Source of the DNA: Holophagaceae bacterium
Lineage (GTDB): Bacteria > Acidobacteriota > Holophagae > Holophagales > Holophagaceae
Assembly: GCA_044229575.1 (NCBI GenBank)
Contig: JBGAST010000016.1
Span: 1,477 to 65,476 of the forward strand
Length of the DNA: 64,000 bases
Direction of reading: 5' to 3'
This document shows positions 10,017 through 18,351 of the stretch, piece after piece; position 1 is the stretch's first letter, and each line of letters opens with the position of its first letter. A program made the position numbers and the translations under genes. The notes below the pieces were generated by a model that was not told the DNA's origin, made no database searches, and saw only the letters and a list, made by a program, of their open reading frames with translations.

Positions 10017-12641
10017 TCAGCCCTTGAAGGCGGGATCCTGGGCGGCGACCTTCCGCTTGCCGGGGTGGAGCCGGTCCGCGAGCTCCAGCAGGGACTGGGC
10101 CTCGGCCCGGCCGCCCAGGGCGGCGAGGGTCCGGGCCATGAAGTAGAGGTTCACGCTCATGACCCGGCGCTCGTTGTGGAGCTTCCGGCTCCAGTCCACG
10201 CCGACCTGCTTCTGGGCGAAGGGCACGTAGATGGCCGCGGTGGCGGCGAGATCCTTCCGGGAGGCCGATCCCAGGCCGCTGAGGAGCACGCTGCTGCTGT
10301 GCTCGGGGGCCCAGGCGTCCTTCAGCGTCCGGGAGAGCTCGTCCACGGTGGCGGAGTCCCCGCGCAGGGCGGCCCCGTAGGCGAGCAGGCTCCGGAGCAC
10401 GTTGGAGCCCGGATTCATCTCCAGGCCTGCCTGGATCATGGCGTCGGCCTCCGCGCCCCGCCCGCTCCAGATCAGGGCGTCCGCGCCGGTGACATAGACG
10501 TATTCGGCCGTGGGCTTGAGGGCGATGGCGCGGCGGGCATGCTCCACGGACCCGGCCAGCGAGCCATCGTTCTGCAACAGCACCGCGTAGCGGTGGTGGG
10601 CCTGCCAGCTGTTGGGATCGAGCTGGATGGCCTTCTCGAAGTAGCGCTGGGAGGCGATGTGGTTCTCCGCCCCCTCGAGGCCGGCGAAGGCGTCGCCGAG
10701 GACGTTGTAGGCCAGGCTGTTGCCGGGATCGAGGCGAATGGCCTGGAGGGCCGCCTGGCAGGCGCCTTCGATGTTCCCGGTGCGCAGCAGGATGGCGGAC
10801 AGGCTGCGGTAGGCCTGGGGGTAGGCGGGATCGGTCTCGATGGATTTCCGCGCGTGGGCCTCGCCTTCCTTGAACAGCTTCTGGGCCTCCGCGAAGTGGC
10901 CCTGCCCGAGGGAGCGGTCGCTGGCGATCTCCGACAGGGCCCAGGCCAGGCCTGAGTGGGCCGGCGCGTAGCCGGGCTCCAGCCGCAGGGCGTCCTCGAA
11001 GTACTTCTTCGCCTGGAGGAAGGCTTCCATGTTGCCCTGGGTCAGGTAGGCGTCGCCCTTGGCGAAGGCCTCCCTCGTGCGGGGATCATGGGCCCTGGAC
11101 TGGATGCCGGTCCCTTCCCCGAGCCCCATCTCCCGGGGCAGCCGGGTGCGCAGTTCGTCCTCCAGCTCGAGGATCTCGGCGAGGGGGCGCTCGGAGTTGA
11201 ACTGCTGCACGAGGGCCCCGCTGCCGGCTTCGAGGACCCGGACGCCGAGCCGGACCCGGTCCCCGACGATCAGGTAGGTTCCCGTGACCAGCTGGTCCAC
11301 CTTCAGGGTCCGCCCCAGCTCCGACACGCTGGCAAAGGCCTGTCCGGGCTGGCCTCCGAGGCTGCGCATCGCTTCCAGCACCCGGGCTCGGTCCACCACC
11401 ATCACGTCGTTGCGCGCCACTAGGCTGCTGGCCATGGCGTCGGCGAAGCTGGTGCTGATCCAGGCCCTGCCGGGATCGGGCATGAGCTGTTCCAGGGGCA
11501 GCACCGCGATGGACTTGCGGCCCTTGGAGAAATCGGTCCCCGACGCGGCCCTCGCCTCCGCCAGCCCGCCCGAGGGGCGGCGCAGGAGGGCGAACATGCC
11601 CCCGGCCGCCAGCAGGGCCACGACCCCGCCGAAGGCCGCGATGCGGAGCCAGGAGGAACGCGGCGCCGCCAGGACTGGGGAGCGCAGGGTGGACATGGCT
11701 TCCGGCGCATCCAGGGCCACCAGCACGTCCTGCATGGCGGGGAAGCGGGAGGCCGGGAGCTTGGCCATTAGCCGTTCCACCGCCGCCACGAAGCCGGGGG
11801 CAAGGTCCGGCCGCGCGCTCCGGAGGGAGCCCGGCTCGTCCTTCACCACCGCGAAGAGGGTCTCCACGAGGCTGCCCCTCAGGAAGGGGTGGTGGCCGGT
11901 GGCCAGCTCGTAGAGCACGACCCCCAGGGAGAACTGGTCGGAGGCGGGCCCGACCTCGTAGCCGTTCGCCTGCTCCGGGCTCATGTAGGCGGGGGTCCCC
12001 TGGCTGTAGCCCGGCGCGGTGCGCTCCACCAGGGTGGCGAAGTGGCCGGTGGGCAGGCCCCCGGCTGTGGCCGCGGAGGGCGGGCCGGGGGCGGGCTCGC
12101 TCCCATGGCGCCGGGCGATGCCGAAGTCGAGGATCTTCACCGCGCCGTCGGCGTTCAGCACCAGGTTCTCGGGCTTGATGTCCCGGTGCACGATGCCCTT
12201 GAGGTGGGCGTGGGCGAGGGCGCCGCCGGCCTGCCGGGCCACCTTCATGAGCCAGTCGGCATCCTTGCGCTCGGGGACGAAAGCCCGCAGGGTGCGCCCT
12301 TCGACGAACTCCATGGCGATGAAGGTGGTGCCCTCCACCTCGCCCGCCTCGAAGATCGTCGCGATGTTGGGGTGGTGCAGCTGGCAGGCGGTCTTCGCCT
12401 CGATGAGCATGGCCCGGCGCCGGGACTCGTCGGCGTCCTTGAGCAGCTTCAGGGCCACCACCCGCTCCAGACGCAGATCCATGGCCTTCCACACGGAGCC
12501 CATGGCCCCTTCGCCCAGGGGTTCTATCAGCCGGTAGGAACCGAAGGTCTGCGGGGAATCGTTCAAGAGGCGCTCGCGGATCCCAGTATAGGGCCCACTG
12601 GTAGACTCCAGGATTTGGACGGAACCGCCTGGATCGATCAC
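10017..12641 (-). CDS. Ser/Thr protein kinase (Hanks type) with a TM helix, a periplasmic domain and C-terminal TPR repeats
   Basis: Kinase motifs are present: GEGAMGSVWKA, VALKLL, HRDIKPENL, DFGIA, GTPAYMSPE. A hydrophobic helix (IAAFGGVVALLAAGGMFALL) and multiple TPR units follow. The start is uncertain. I chose GTG at 12641 because the track ATG at 12863 would overlap the divergent gene by about 190 nt. Confidence 0.88.
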   Translation of the reverse strand: MIDPGGSVQILESTSGPYTGIRERLLNDSPQTFGSYRLIEPLGEGAMGSVWKAMDLRLERVVALKLLKDADESRRRAMLIEAKTACQLHHPNIATIFEAGEVEGTTFIAMEFVEGRTLRAFVPERKDADWLMKVARQAGGALAHAHLKGIVHRDIKPENLVLNADGAVKILDFGIARRHGSEPAPGPPSAATAGGLPTGHFATLVERTAPGYSQGTPAYMSPEQANGYEVGPASDQFSLGVVLYELATGHHPFLRGSLVETLFAVVKDEPGSLRSARPDLAPGFVAAVERLMAKLPASRFPAMQDVLVALDAPEAMSTLRSPVLAAPRSSWLRIAAFGGVVALLAAGGMFALLRRPSGGLAEARAASGTDFSKGRKSIAVLPLEQLMPDPGRAWISTSFADAMASSLVARNDVMVVDRARVLEAMRSLGGQPGQAFASVSELGRTLKVDQLVTGTYLIVGDRVRLGVRVLEAGSGALVQQFNSERPLAEILELEDELRTRLPREMGLGEGTGIQSRAHDPRTREAFAKGDAYLTQGNMEAFLQAKKYFEDALRLEPGYAPAHSGLAWALSEIASDRSLGQGHFAEAQKLFKEGEAHARKSIETDPAYPQAYRSLSAILLRTGNIEGACQAALQAIRLDPGNSLAYNVLGDAFAGLEGAENHIASQRYFEKAIQLDPNSWQAHHRYAVLLQNDGSLAGSVEHARRAIALKPTAEYVYVTGADALIWSGRGAEADAMIQAGLEMNPGSNVLRSLLAYGAALRGDSATVDELSRTLKDAWAPEHSSSVLLSGLGSASRKDLAATAAIYVPFAQKQVGVDWSRKLHNERRVMSVNLYFMARTLAALGGRAEAQSLLELADRLHPGKRKVAAQDPAFKG

Positions 12642-12673
12642 CAGCCCCGCGCGGCCACCCCTGGAGCCAATCC

Positions 12674-13381
12674 GTGATCGAAGACTTCCCCCGGAATCCC
12701 TACGCGCCACCGGAGGCGCCCCTCGAGCTCCAGGCAATGGAGACCGAGGGCCTGCGGCCCATCCCCTTCGAGGATGTGGACGCCGTCCCGGCCTTCTGGC
12801 GGCGGGTGGGAAGCATGTTCCAGATTCTTTTCCAACACCCATATGAATTGGTGGACCGGACACACGTCACGGAGAACCTCGGGGCGCCCCTTCGATTCGC
12901 GCTGCTCTTCAGCCTCCCGATTACCGCGATGATGGCCGCCATTGGCGTACTGATTGGTGTGTTGGGTGGAATCGCAGCAAGCCAGGACAAGAATGCACCG
13001 CCGTTTGCAGTCTTCGTTGGGATGGGGGCGTTCTACACGGTCGTGATGCCGATGATGGCGATCATTGGGTTTTTCATTGGCGGGCTCATCAACCACGGCT
13101 GTCTTTGGCTCTGGGGTGGTCTCCGGCAAGGTTACGGCCTGCGCCAATCCATTCGTTTACACGGGTACTATCTGGGCTTCTTCCTGCTCTTCTACCTAAT
13201 ACCCATCCTGAACATTTTCGTCCTGCTGGCAGGGCCGGCCTTTCTGGGGCTTGCCTTGGCGCGCCTCCACCACACGGACCGTTGGCGCGGAGTGTGCGCG
13301 GCCTATACACCGCTTGGCTGCTGCTGCGGGGCCTACATCGCCTTCTTCGCCATCGCCATCGCCGCGGGTGCCTTCAAGTAG
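12674..13381 (+). CDS. Yip1-like multi-pass membrane protein
   Basis: A soluble N-terminus is followed by about 5 TM helices. The architecture resembles Yip1-domain proteins and the second Yip1-like gene at 41522. The local G+C looks lower than in the neighbouring genes. Confidence 0.6.
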   Translation: MIEDFPRNPYAPPEAPLELQAMETEGLRPIPFEDVDAVPAFWRRVGSMFQILFQHPYELVDRTHVTENLGAPLRFALLFSLPITAMMAAIGVLIGVLGGIAASQDKNAPPFAVFVGMGAFYTVVMPMMAIIGFFIGGLINHGCLWLWGGLRQGYGLRQSIRLHGYYLGFFLLFYLIPILNIFVLLAGPAFLGLALARLHHTDRWRGVCAAYTPLGCCCGAYIAFFAIAIAAGAFK

Positions 13382-14012
13382 GATCCGCCCCCAACCAAGC
13401 GTTCACCGCCGCCACAACGCCATCGGCCTTCAACACCCGGTGCACCGCGCCCGCCTCCAGGGCGGCCACCTCGTCCCACGTCTCCAGGCGCCGGAAGAGC
13501 CGGGTCGCGCCCTCCTCGCCGAGAATCTCCGGCAGGCGCACGGTGCCACCGAAGCCCGTGAGGATCCCGTGCCTCGCCGCGGGGTGCCGCAGCCGCAGGC
13601 CCGCCACCGCCCAGCGCTCCTGGCCGTGGAGGGCGAGGTCGCAGCCGCCGCCCATGGCCGCGCCGCTGACCACCGTCAGGGACCGCCACCCGCGCCAGAG
13701 CAGGTGCTCCATGACCCGCTGGCCCTTCCGGGCGAAGGGATCGGCGCCGAGGGCGTCCAGGGCCAGCACCTCGTGGAGGTCGGCGCCGGCGCTGAAGTGG
13801 CAGGGCCTGCCCGCCATCCAGGGCGCTCCGCTCAGGGCGATCCGGGCCTTGCCCTGGCCGCGCAAGCCGCCGAGGAGCCGGTCCAGGGCCTCCAGCGTGG
13901 CCATGGTCAGCCGGTGCAGGCCATCCACGGAGTCCAGCCCGATCCAGGCCCAGTCCCGCCCCTCCCACAGGACGAGGGACGTGGTCCCTTCGAAGACCCG
14001 GCGCGGTTCCAT
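13374..14012 (-). CDS. Enoyl-CoA hydratase/isomerase (crotonase) superfamily protein, short form
   Basis: Crotonase oxyanion-hole motifs FSAGADL and GAAMGGGCDLAL are present. Its start overlaps the miaA stop (TGATG). Confidence 0.75.
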   Translation of the reverse strand: MEPRRVFEGTTSLVLWEGRDWAWIGLDSVDGLHRLTMATLEALDRLLGGLRGQGKARIALSGAPWMAGRPCHFSAGADLHEVLALDALGADPFARKGQRVMEHLLWRGWRSLTVVSGAAMGGGCDLALHGQERWAVAGLRLRHPAARHGILTGFGGTVRLPEILGEEGATRLFRRLETWDEVAALEAGAVHRVLKADGVVAAVNAWLGADPT

Positions 14013-14890
14013 CAGATCCCCAGCCTCTCAAAGGCGGCCGCGAGGGTCTCGCCGTCCGGATCCCAGCTGAGCATCCCCGGGAGCTGGTTGCGGAACCAGG
14101 TGGACTGGCGCTTGGCGTAGGCCTGGGTGGCCTGGACGATGCGGTCCTGGACCTCGGCCTCCGGGAGGCCTTGGGCCAGCAGGAGGTCGTAGCCGAGGGG
14201 GCGCAATGCCTCCAGATCGGGACCGGCCCCGGCCTCCTTCAGCCGGCGCGCCTCCTCGGGCCAGCCCGCGGCGAACTGGGCCGCCACCCTCGCCGCCACC
14301 CGCTCCCGCTGCCGCTCCCGGGTGGGCTGCACCAGGAGCACCTTCCAGTCCGCCGGAACCGGCGCCACGCCGCGGAGCAGGAGCGAAGGCCGGCCTCCGG
14401 TGGCGAGATGCAGCGCCAGGGCCCGCTGGATGCGCGCCAGGTCGTTAGGGTGGAGTTCCTCGGAACGGGCCGGATCCACGGTCCGCAGGTAGCGATGGAG
14501 GCGGCGGGGACCCAGCCGGGCGCCCAGGGCGCGGACCTTGCCCACCAGGGCGGGAGACACCTCCGGAAGGGCCGTGAGCTGGTTCCAGATGCCCCGCAGG
14601 TAGAGCCCCGAGCCGGTGACGAGCACGGCTTCCGGGAGGGCCTGCAACCACCCCCGCACCGCCTCGCCGAAGTCCGCCGGATTGGGCCGGGTGGCCAGGG
14701 GCAGAAGGCCATAGCCCATGTGGGGGACAGCGCCCTGCTCGGCGGGGGACGGCTGGCCGGTGCCGATGGCGAGCCCCGACAGGGCCTGGAAGGGATCGCC
14801 GTTGACCACGGCACCCTGGATGCGGCGCGCCACCGCCACGGCGAGGGCGGACTTCCCCGAGGCCGTGGGACCGAGGATGGCGATCTGCAT
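14012..14890 (-). CDS. miaA: tRNA dimethylallyltransferase
   Basis: The P-loop is GPTASGKS, and MiaA-like sequence extends over the full length (..VPHMGYGLL.., ..YAKRQSTWFRN..). Confidence 0.92.
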   Translation of the reverse strand: MQIAILGPTASGKSALAVAVARRIQGAVVNGDPFQALSGLAIGTGQPSPAEQGAVPHMGYGLLPLATRPNPADFGEAVRGWLQALPEAVLVTGSGLYLRGIWNQLTALPEVSPALVGKVRALGARLGPRRLHRYLRTVDPARSEELHPNDLARIQRALALHLATGGRPSLLLRGVAPVPADWKVLLVQPTRERQRERVAARVAAQFAAGWPEEARRLKEAGAGPDLEALRPLGYDLLLAQGLPEAEVQDRIVQATQAYAKRQSTWFRNQLPGMLSWDPDGETLAAAFERLGI

Positions 14891-14933
14891 CCTTCGAGCC
14901 TATCTTGGTCCCGGCATCCCCAGGGGAGGTCCC

Positions 14934-15320
14934 ATGCTCCCGCTCGTGTCCGCCCTCGTCCTCCCGTCCCTGCTCGCCCTGGGCGCCGCCCAGGAGCCCC
15001 GGCCCCAGCAGCCCGCCCTCCGCTTCCAGAAGTCCCTCCGCCTCCCGGTGAAGCCGAAGCCCGTGATGGCGGCGGCGCCGCAGAAGGCCCAAGGGCGCCC
15101 CGGCGCGGTGGTGGAGGTCTTCGGGGATTCCAGGGCCCTCGAAAGCGTCCGCGAACAGACCCTGCGGGAATTCGGGGAGTGGCTCATCGCCAACCGCTTC
15201 CAGGGCGCCGCCTTCGTGCCGGCCCTCCGGCCCGCCTTCATGAGCACGGCCTCCTGGGAGCAGAGCCACCCCGGCGGCTTCACCGTCGCTCCCCTGGCCC
15301 CGGTGGGGTGGGGCTACTAG
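14934..15320 (+). CDS. Secreted hypothetical protein, paralogue A (WLIANRF / HPGG motifs)
   Basis: ATG at 14934 is preceded by GGGGAGG. The signal peptide is MLPLVSALVLPSLLALGAAQ. It shares WLIANRFxG and HPGG...GW blocks with the next gene. Confidence 0.55.
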   Translation: MLPLVSALVLPSLLALGAAQEPRPQQPALRFQKSLRLPVKPKPVMAAAPQKAQGRPGAVVEVFGDSRALESVREQTLREFGEWLIANRFQGAAFVPALRPAFMSTASWEQSHPGGFTVAPLAPVGWGY

Positions 15321-15383
15321 CCGGAGCGGCGGCCACGAAAGCGCGGGGCGGGAACCAAGGGTCCACCGCCCGCACGGGAGGAC

Positions 15384-15761
15384 ATGCTCCCCCTGGCGCC
15401 TCCGGCCCTCCTCCGTCCCGCCGACGATCCCTCGCCCCTGCAGGCCGTCCTCCTGGACTTCCAGGCCTGGATCGCCCGGGAATCCGCCCGGGGCGTGCCC
15501 TTCTGGAATCCCATGCGGCCGCCGGTGAGGACGGCCAGGACGGAGCTGCCCGGCGCGACGGTGGTGGTGTGGGGCGACTACCCGCCCCTGGAAACGGAGA
15601 CCCAGGAGGTGCTGCGCCTCACCGTGGCCTGGCTCATCGCCAACCGGTTCAACGGGCGCGTCATCACCGGCACCCCCGTGCCCACGCCGGAGAACTGGCT
15701 CGCCACTCATCCCGGCGGGAACCGCATCCCCGGCAACGTTCCCCTGGGTTGGCGGCGCTGA
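15384..15761 (+). CDS. Hypothetical protein, paralogue B (WLIANRF / HPGG motifs)
   Basis: 125 aa that align with the previous gene: PGATVVVWGD..VAWLIANRFNG..THPGG..PLGW. Confidence 0.55.
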   Translation: MLPLAPPALLRPADDPSPLQAVLLDFQAWIARESARGVPFWNPMRPPVRTARTELPGATVVVWGDYPPLETETQEVLRLTVAWLIANRFNGRVITGTPVPTPENWLATHPGGNRIPGNVPLGWRR

Positions 15762-15766
15762 GGAGC

Positions 15767-16111
15767 TCAGGCTCTGGGATCCATGAGCCGGGGGAGCAGG
15801 GCCGCCGCCAGATCCCGGGCCAGGCTCGCGGCCTGGAGGGCATGGTCGAAGGCCGTTTCGGGCTCCTGCCGGGGCGAGAGCAGAGCATCGCACTGGTCCC
15901 GCAGGGTGCGTACCGCGCCGCCGGGATCGGGAAGCTCCCGTTCCGCCGCGGCCTCGAAGATGGCCATGAAGCAGGCCAGGGCATCGCAGGCCGACGTGAT
16001 CCCCGCCGCCGGATTCCGCTGGTCCGCATGGAGGGCGTAGGCCGCCGCCAGGAAGCGGAGGCCATCCTCGAAGCGGGACTGGAGGGTGCCGGGGGGACCG
16101 GAGGCGGCCAT
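15767..16111 (-). CDS. Hypothetical small helical protein (114 aa)
   Basis: This is the protein-like C-terminal part of track ORF 15767..16816 (MAASGPPGTLQSRFEDGLRFLAAAYALHAD...). The rest of that ORF is antisense shadow of the + strand gene. The start is uncertain. Confidence 0.35.
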   Translation of the reverse strand: MAASGPPGTLQSRFEDGLRFLAAAYALHADQRNPAAGITSACDALACFMAIFEAAAERELPDPGGAVRTLRDQCDALLSPRQEPETAFDHALQAASLARDLAAALLPRLMDPRA

Positions 16112-16192
16112 GCCTCCATCCAAGCACAGCCGGGGACGGTTGGCACTCAACGGCAGCGGGGAGGGCCCGTAGGCCACGGAGGAGACCTCCCC

Positions 16193-16861
16193 ATGCGCCC
16201 CCTGCTCTGCCTCCTCGCCGCCTCCGTCCTGCTCCAGGCGGACAGCCTCACGGACCTGAAAGCCGCCCTGAAGAACCTGCCCGCCCGGCAGCCCGTCCGC
16301 CTGAATGTGGTGCAGAAGGGCTGGGAGGAGGAGGGCGGCAAGCGCGAGGCCCTGGACGAGACCTTCACCGTCGCGGACGGTGCCGGGGGCGTCCGCGTCG
16401 ACGGGAAGCAGGCCCGGAATTCCCGGAAGGGTGTGCAGACCGGCGAGAACGGCGGCTCCGGCTACGTGCGGCCCCAGGAGGAGCTCCTGGACGCCCTCGC
16501 CGAGGCCCGGCTCCTGGAGGAGAAGGCCGACACCTTCGAAGGGCAGCCCGTGCGGCGGCTGCGCCTGGCCCTGGATCCGGACCTGGACGCGGACACCAGG
16601 TCCCACCTCAAGCGCGCCGTGGCGGAAGGCACGGTCTGGGTCGGCGCCGATGGCCTCCCGGTGGCCTGGCAGCGCAACCTGGAGCTCAAGGTGCGCGTGA
16701 TGCTCGTCTTTTCCATGGACATGAAGCTGGAGGTCCACCGGCGCTTCCTGCGCCACCGGGACCGCCTGGTGGTGGTCGCGGAGTCCGTCGACGTGAAGGG
16801 CAAGGCCATGGGCCACGCTTTCGCGGCGGAGAGCCGCGCCGTGGGCAGCCTCGTCCCCTGA
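16193..16861 (+). CDS. Secreted hypothetical protein, paralogue of 20866..21612 (possibly a LolA-like/lipoprotein-sorting-like fold)
   Basis: The signal peptide is MRPLLCLLAASVLLQA. It shares N-terminal (AD.L.DLKAAL..LP) and C-terminal (W.G.DG.P.A....RRF....DRLVV.A.SV) blocks with 20866..21612. Confidence 0.65.
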   Translation: MRPLLCLLAASVLLQADSLTDLKAALKNLPARQPVRLNVVQKGWEEEGGKREALDETFTVADGAGGVRVDGKQARNSRKGVQTGENGGSGYVRPQEELLDALAEARLLEEKADTFEGQPVRRLRLALDPDLDADTRSHLKRAVAEGTVWVGADGLPVAWQRNLELKVRVMLVFSMDMKLEVHRRFLRHRDRLVVVAESVDVKGKAMGHAFAAESRAVGSLVP

Positions 16862-16883
16862 GCCCGGCGCCCCCGGGCCCCGG

Positions 16884-18260
16884 TCAGCAGACGCCCCTGC
16901 CCTCCGGCGCCACGGCGTATTCCCCGGTGAAGCAGGCGTAGCAGAAGCCCTGTCCGCCCTGCCCGTCCCGCACCGCCACCTGGAGGTCCTCCAGGGTGAG
17001 GTAGCCCAGGCTGTCGGCCTCGATGAAGGCGCGGATGGCCTCGTTGTCCCGGGAACTGGCGATGAGCTGCTCGCGGCTTGGGGTGTCGATGCCGTAGAAG
17101 CAGCTGTGGGTCGTGGGCGGGCTGGAGATGCGCATGTGCACCTCCTTGGCGCCGGCGGCCCGCACCATCTCCACGATCTTCCGGGAAGTCGTGCCCCGCA
17201 CGATGGAGTCGTCCACCAGCACCACCCGCTTGCCGTCGAGCAGGTCCCGCACCGGATTCAGCTTCACTTTCACGCCGAAGGAGCGGATGGACTGGGACGG
17301 CTCGATGAAGGTGCGGCCCACGTAGTGGTTGCGGATCATGCCGAAATCGAAGGGGATGCCGCTGGTCTCCGCGTAGCCCAGGGCGGCGCTGACCCCGCTG
17401 TCGGGCACCGGCACCACGAGGTCCGCCTCCACGGGATGGCGCCGCGCCAGCAGGCGGCCCATCTCCCGGCGCGTGCCCATGACGCTGCGGCTGAAGACGT
17501 TGGAATCGGGCCGGGCGAAGTAGACGTGCTCGAAGACGCAGGGCTTGGCGACCACCCGCTCCCGGGGGAAGCGGGACTGGACGTCCGCCCCCTTCACGAT
17601 GACCACCTCACCGGGTTCGACCTCGCGCTCGTACACGGCCCCCACCAGGTCGAAGCCGCAGGTCTCGGAAGAGAAGGCCCAGCCCTCCCCGAGGCGGCCC
17701 ATGGCCAGGGGCCGGAAGCCGTGGGGATCCCGGGCGGCGAGGAGGGCATCCTCCGTCAGGATCAGCAGGGAGAAGGCGCCTTCGCAGACCTTGAGAGCCT
17801 CCACCACCGCGTCTTCCACGGTCCCGGCGTCGGCGCGGTTGATGAGGGCGAGGATGACTTCGCTGTCGCTGGGGCTGGTGAAGGTGTGGCCTTCGGCGAT
17901 GAGGCGGTCCCGCAGGGCGGCGGTGTTGGTGAGGTTGCCGTTGTGGCAGAGGGCCACCTGCCCGAAGCGCCCGTGGATGAGGAAGGGATGGGCGGCGGAG
18001 GCCACGTTGCCCCCGGTGGTGCTGTAGCGGGTGTGGCCGATGGCGGCATCGCCGGGGAGGGAATCCAGCACCGGCTGGCTGAAGATGTCCGCCACGTAGC
18101 CCTGGGCCTTGTGCAGGTGAAGGCCCTCGCCGTCCCGGGAGCAGATGCCCGCGGCCTCCTGGCCCCGGTGCTGGAGGGCGTAGAGCCCCAGGTAGGTCTG
18201 GCGGGAGGCTTCGAACAGCTCCGACACGCCGAAGACCCCGCATTCGTCCTTGAAGGGCAT
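16884..18260 (-). CDS. purF: Amidophosphoribosyltransferase (purine biosynthesis)
   Basis: The N-terminal nucleophile context is MPFKDECGVFG. PurF-like sequence runs the full length, including the PRTase motif VVLVDDSIVRGTT. Confidence 0.95.
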   Translation of the reverse strand: MPFKDECGVFGVSELFEASRQTYLGLYALQHRGQEAAGICSRDGEGLHLHKAQGYVADIFSQPVLDSLPGDAAIGHTRYSTTGGNVASAAHPFLIHGRFGQVALCHNGNLTNTAALRDRLIAEGHTFTSPSDSEVILALINRADAGTVEDAVVEALKVCEGAFSLLILTEDALLAARDPHGFRPLAMGRLGEGWAFSSETCGFDLVGAVYEREVEPGEVVIVKGADVQSRFPRERVVAKPCVFEHVYFARPDSNVFSRSVMGTRREMGRLLARRHPVEADLVVPVPDSGVSAALGYAETSGIPFDFGMIRNHYVGRTFIEPSQSIRSFGVKVKLNPVRDLLDGKRVVLVDDSIVRGTTSRKIVEMVRAAGAKEVHMRISSPPTTHSCFYGIDTPSREQLIASSRDNEAIRAFIEADSLGYLTLEDLQVAVRDGQGGQGFCYACFTGEYAVAPEGRGVC

Positions 18261-18351
18261 GGCGCCTCCGAATCGTCCAGTTTAACGGTTCCGCGGGACT
18301 GGGGCCATTTGCGGTGGCGCGCGCCAGGTTCCCGGGACCGACCCGGCGTGA

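Noticed and set aside
15664-16146. 160-aa minus ORF and the 85-aa + ORF 15783..16040
   Set aside because: Both are Pro/Arg/Ser/Trp-rich. The first overlaps the well-aligned paralogue gene 15384..15761. A different minus frame gives a more protein-like 114-aa product.
14171-16192. Upstream 670 codons of the 896-aa + ORF 14171..16861
   Set aside because: Only the last 222 codons, from ATG 16193 with a signal peptide, look like a protein. The rest is antisense to miaA and overlaps other better-supported genes.
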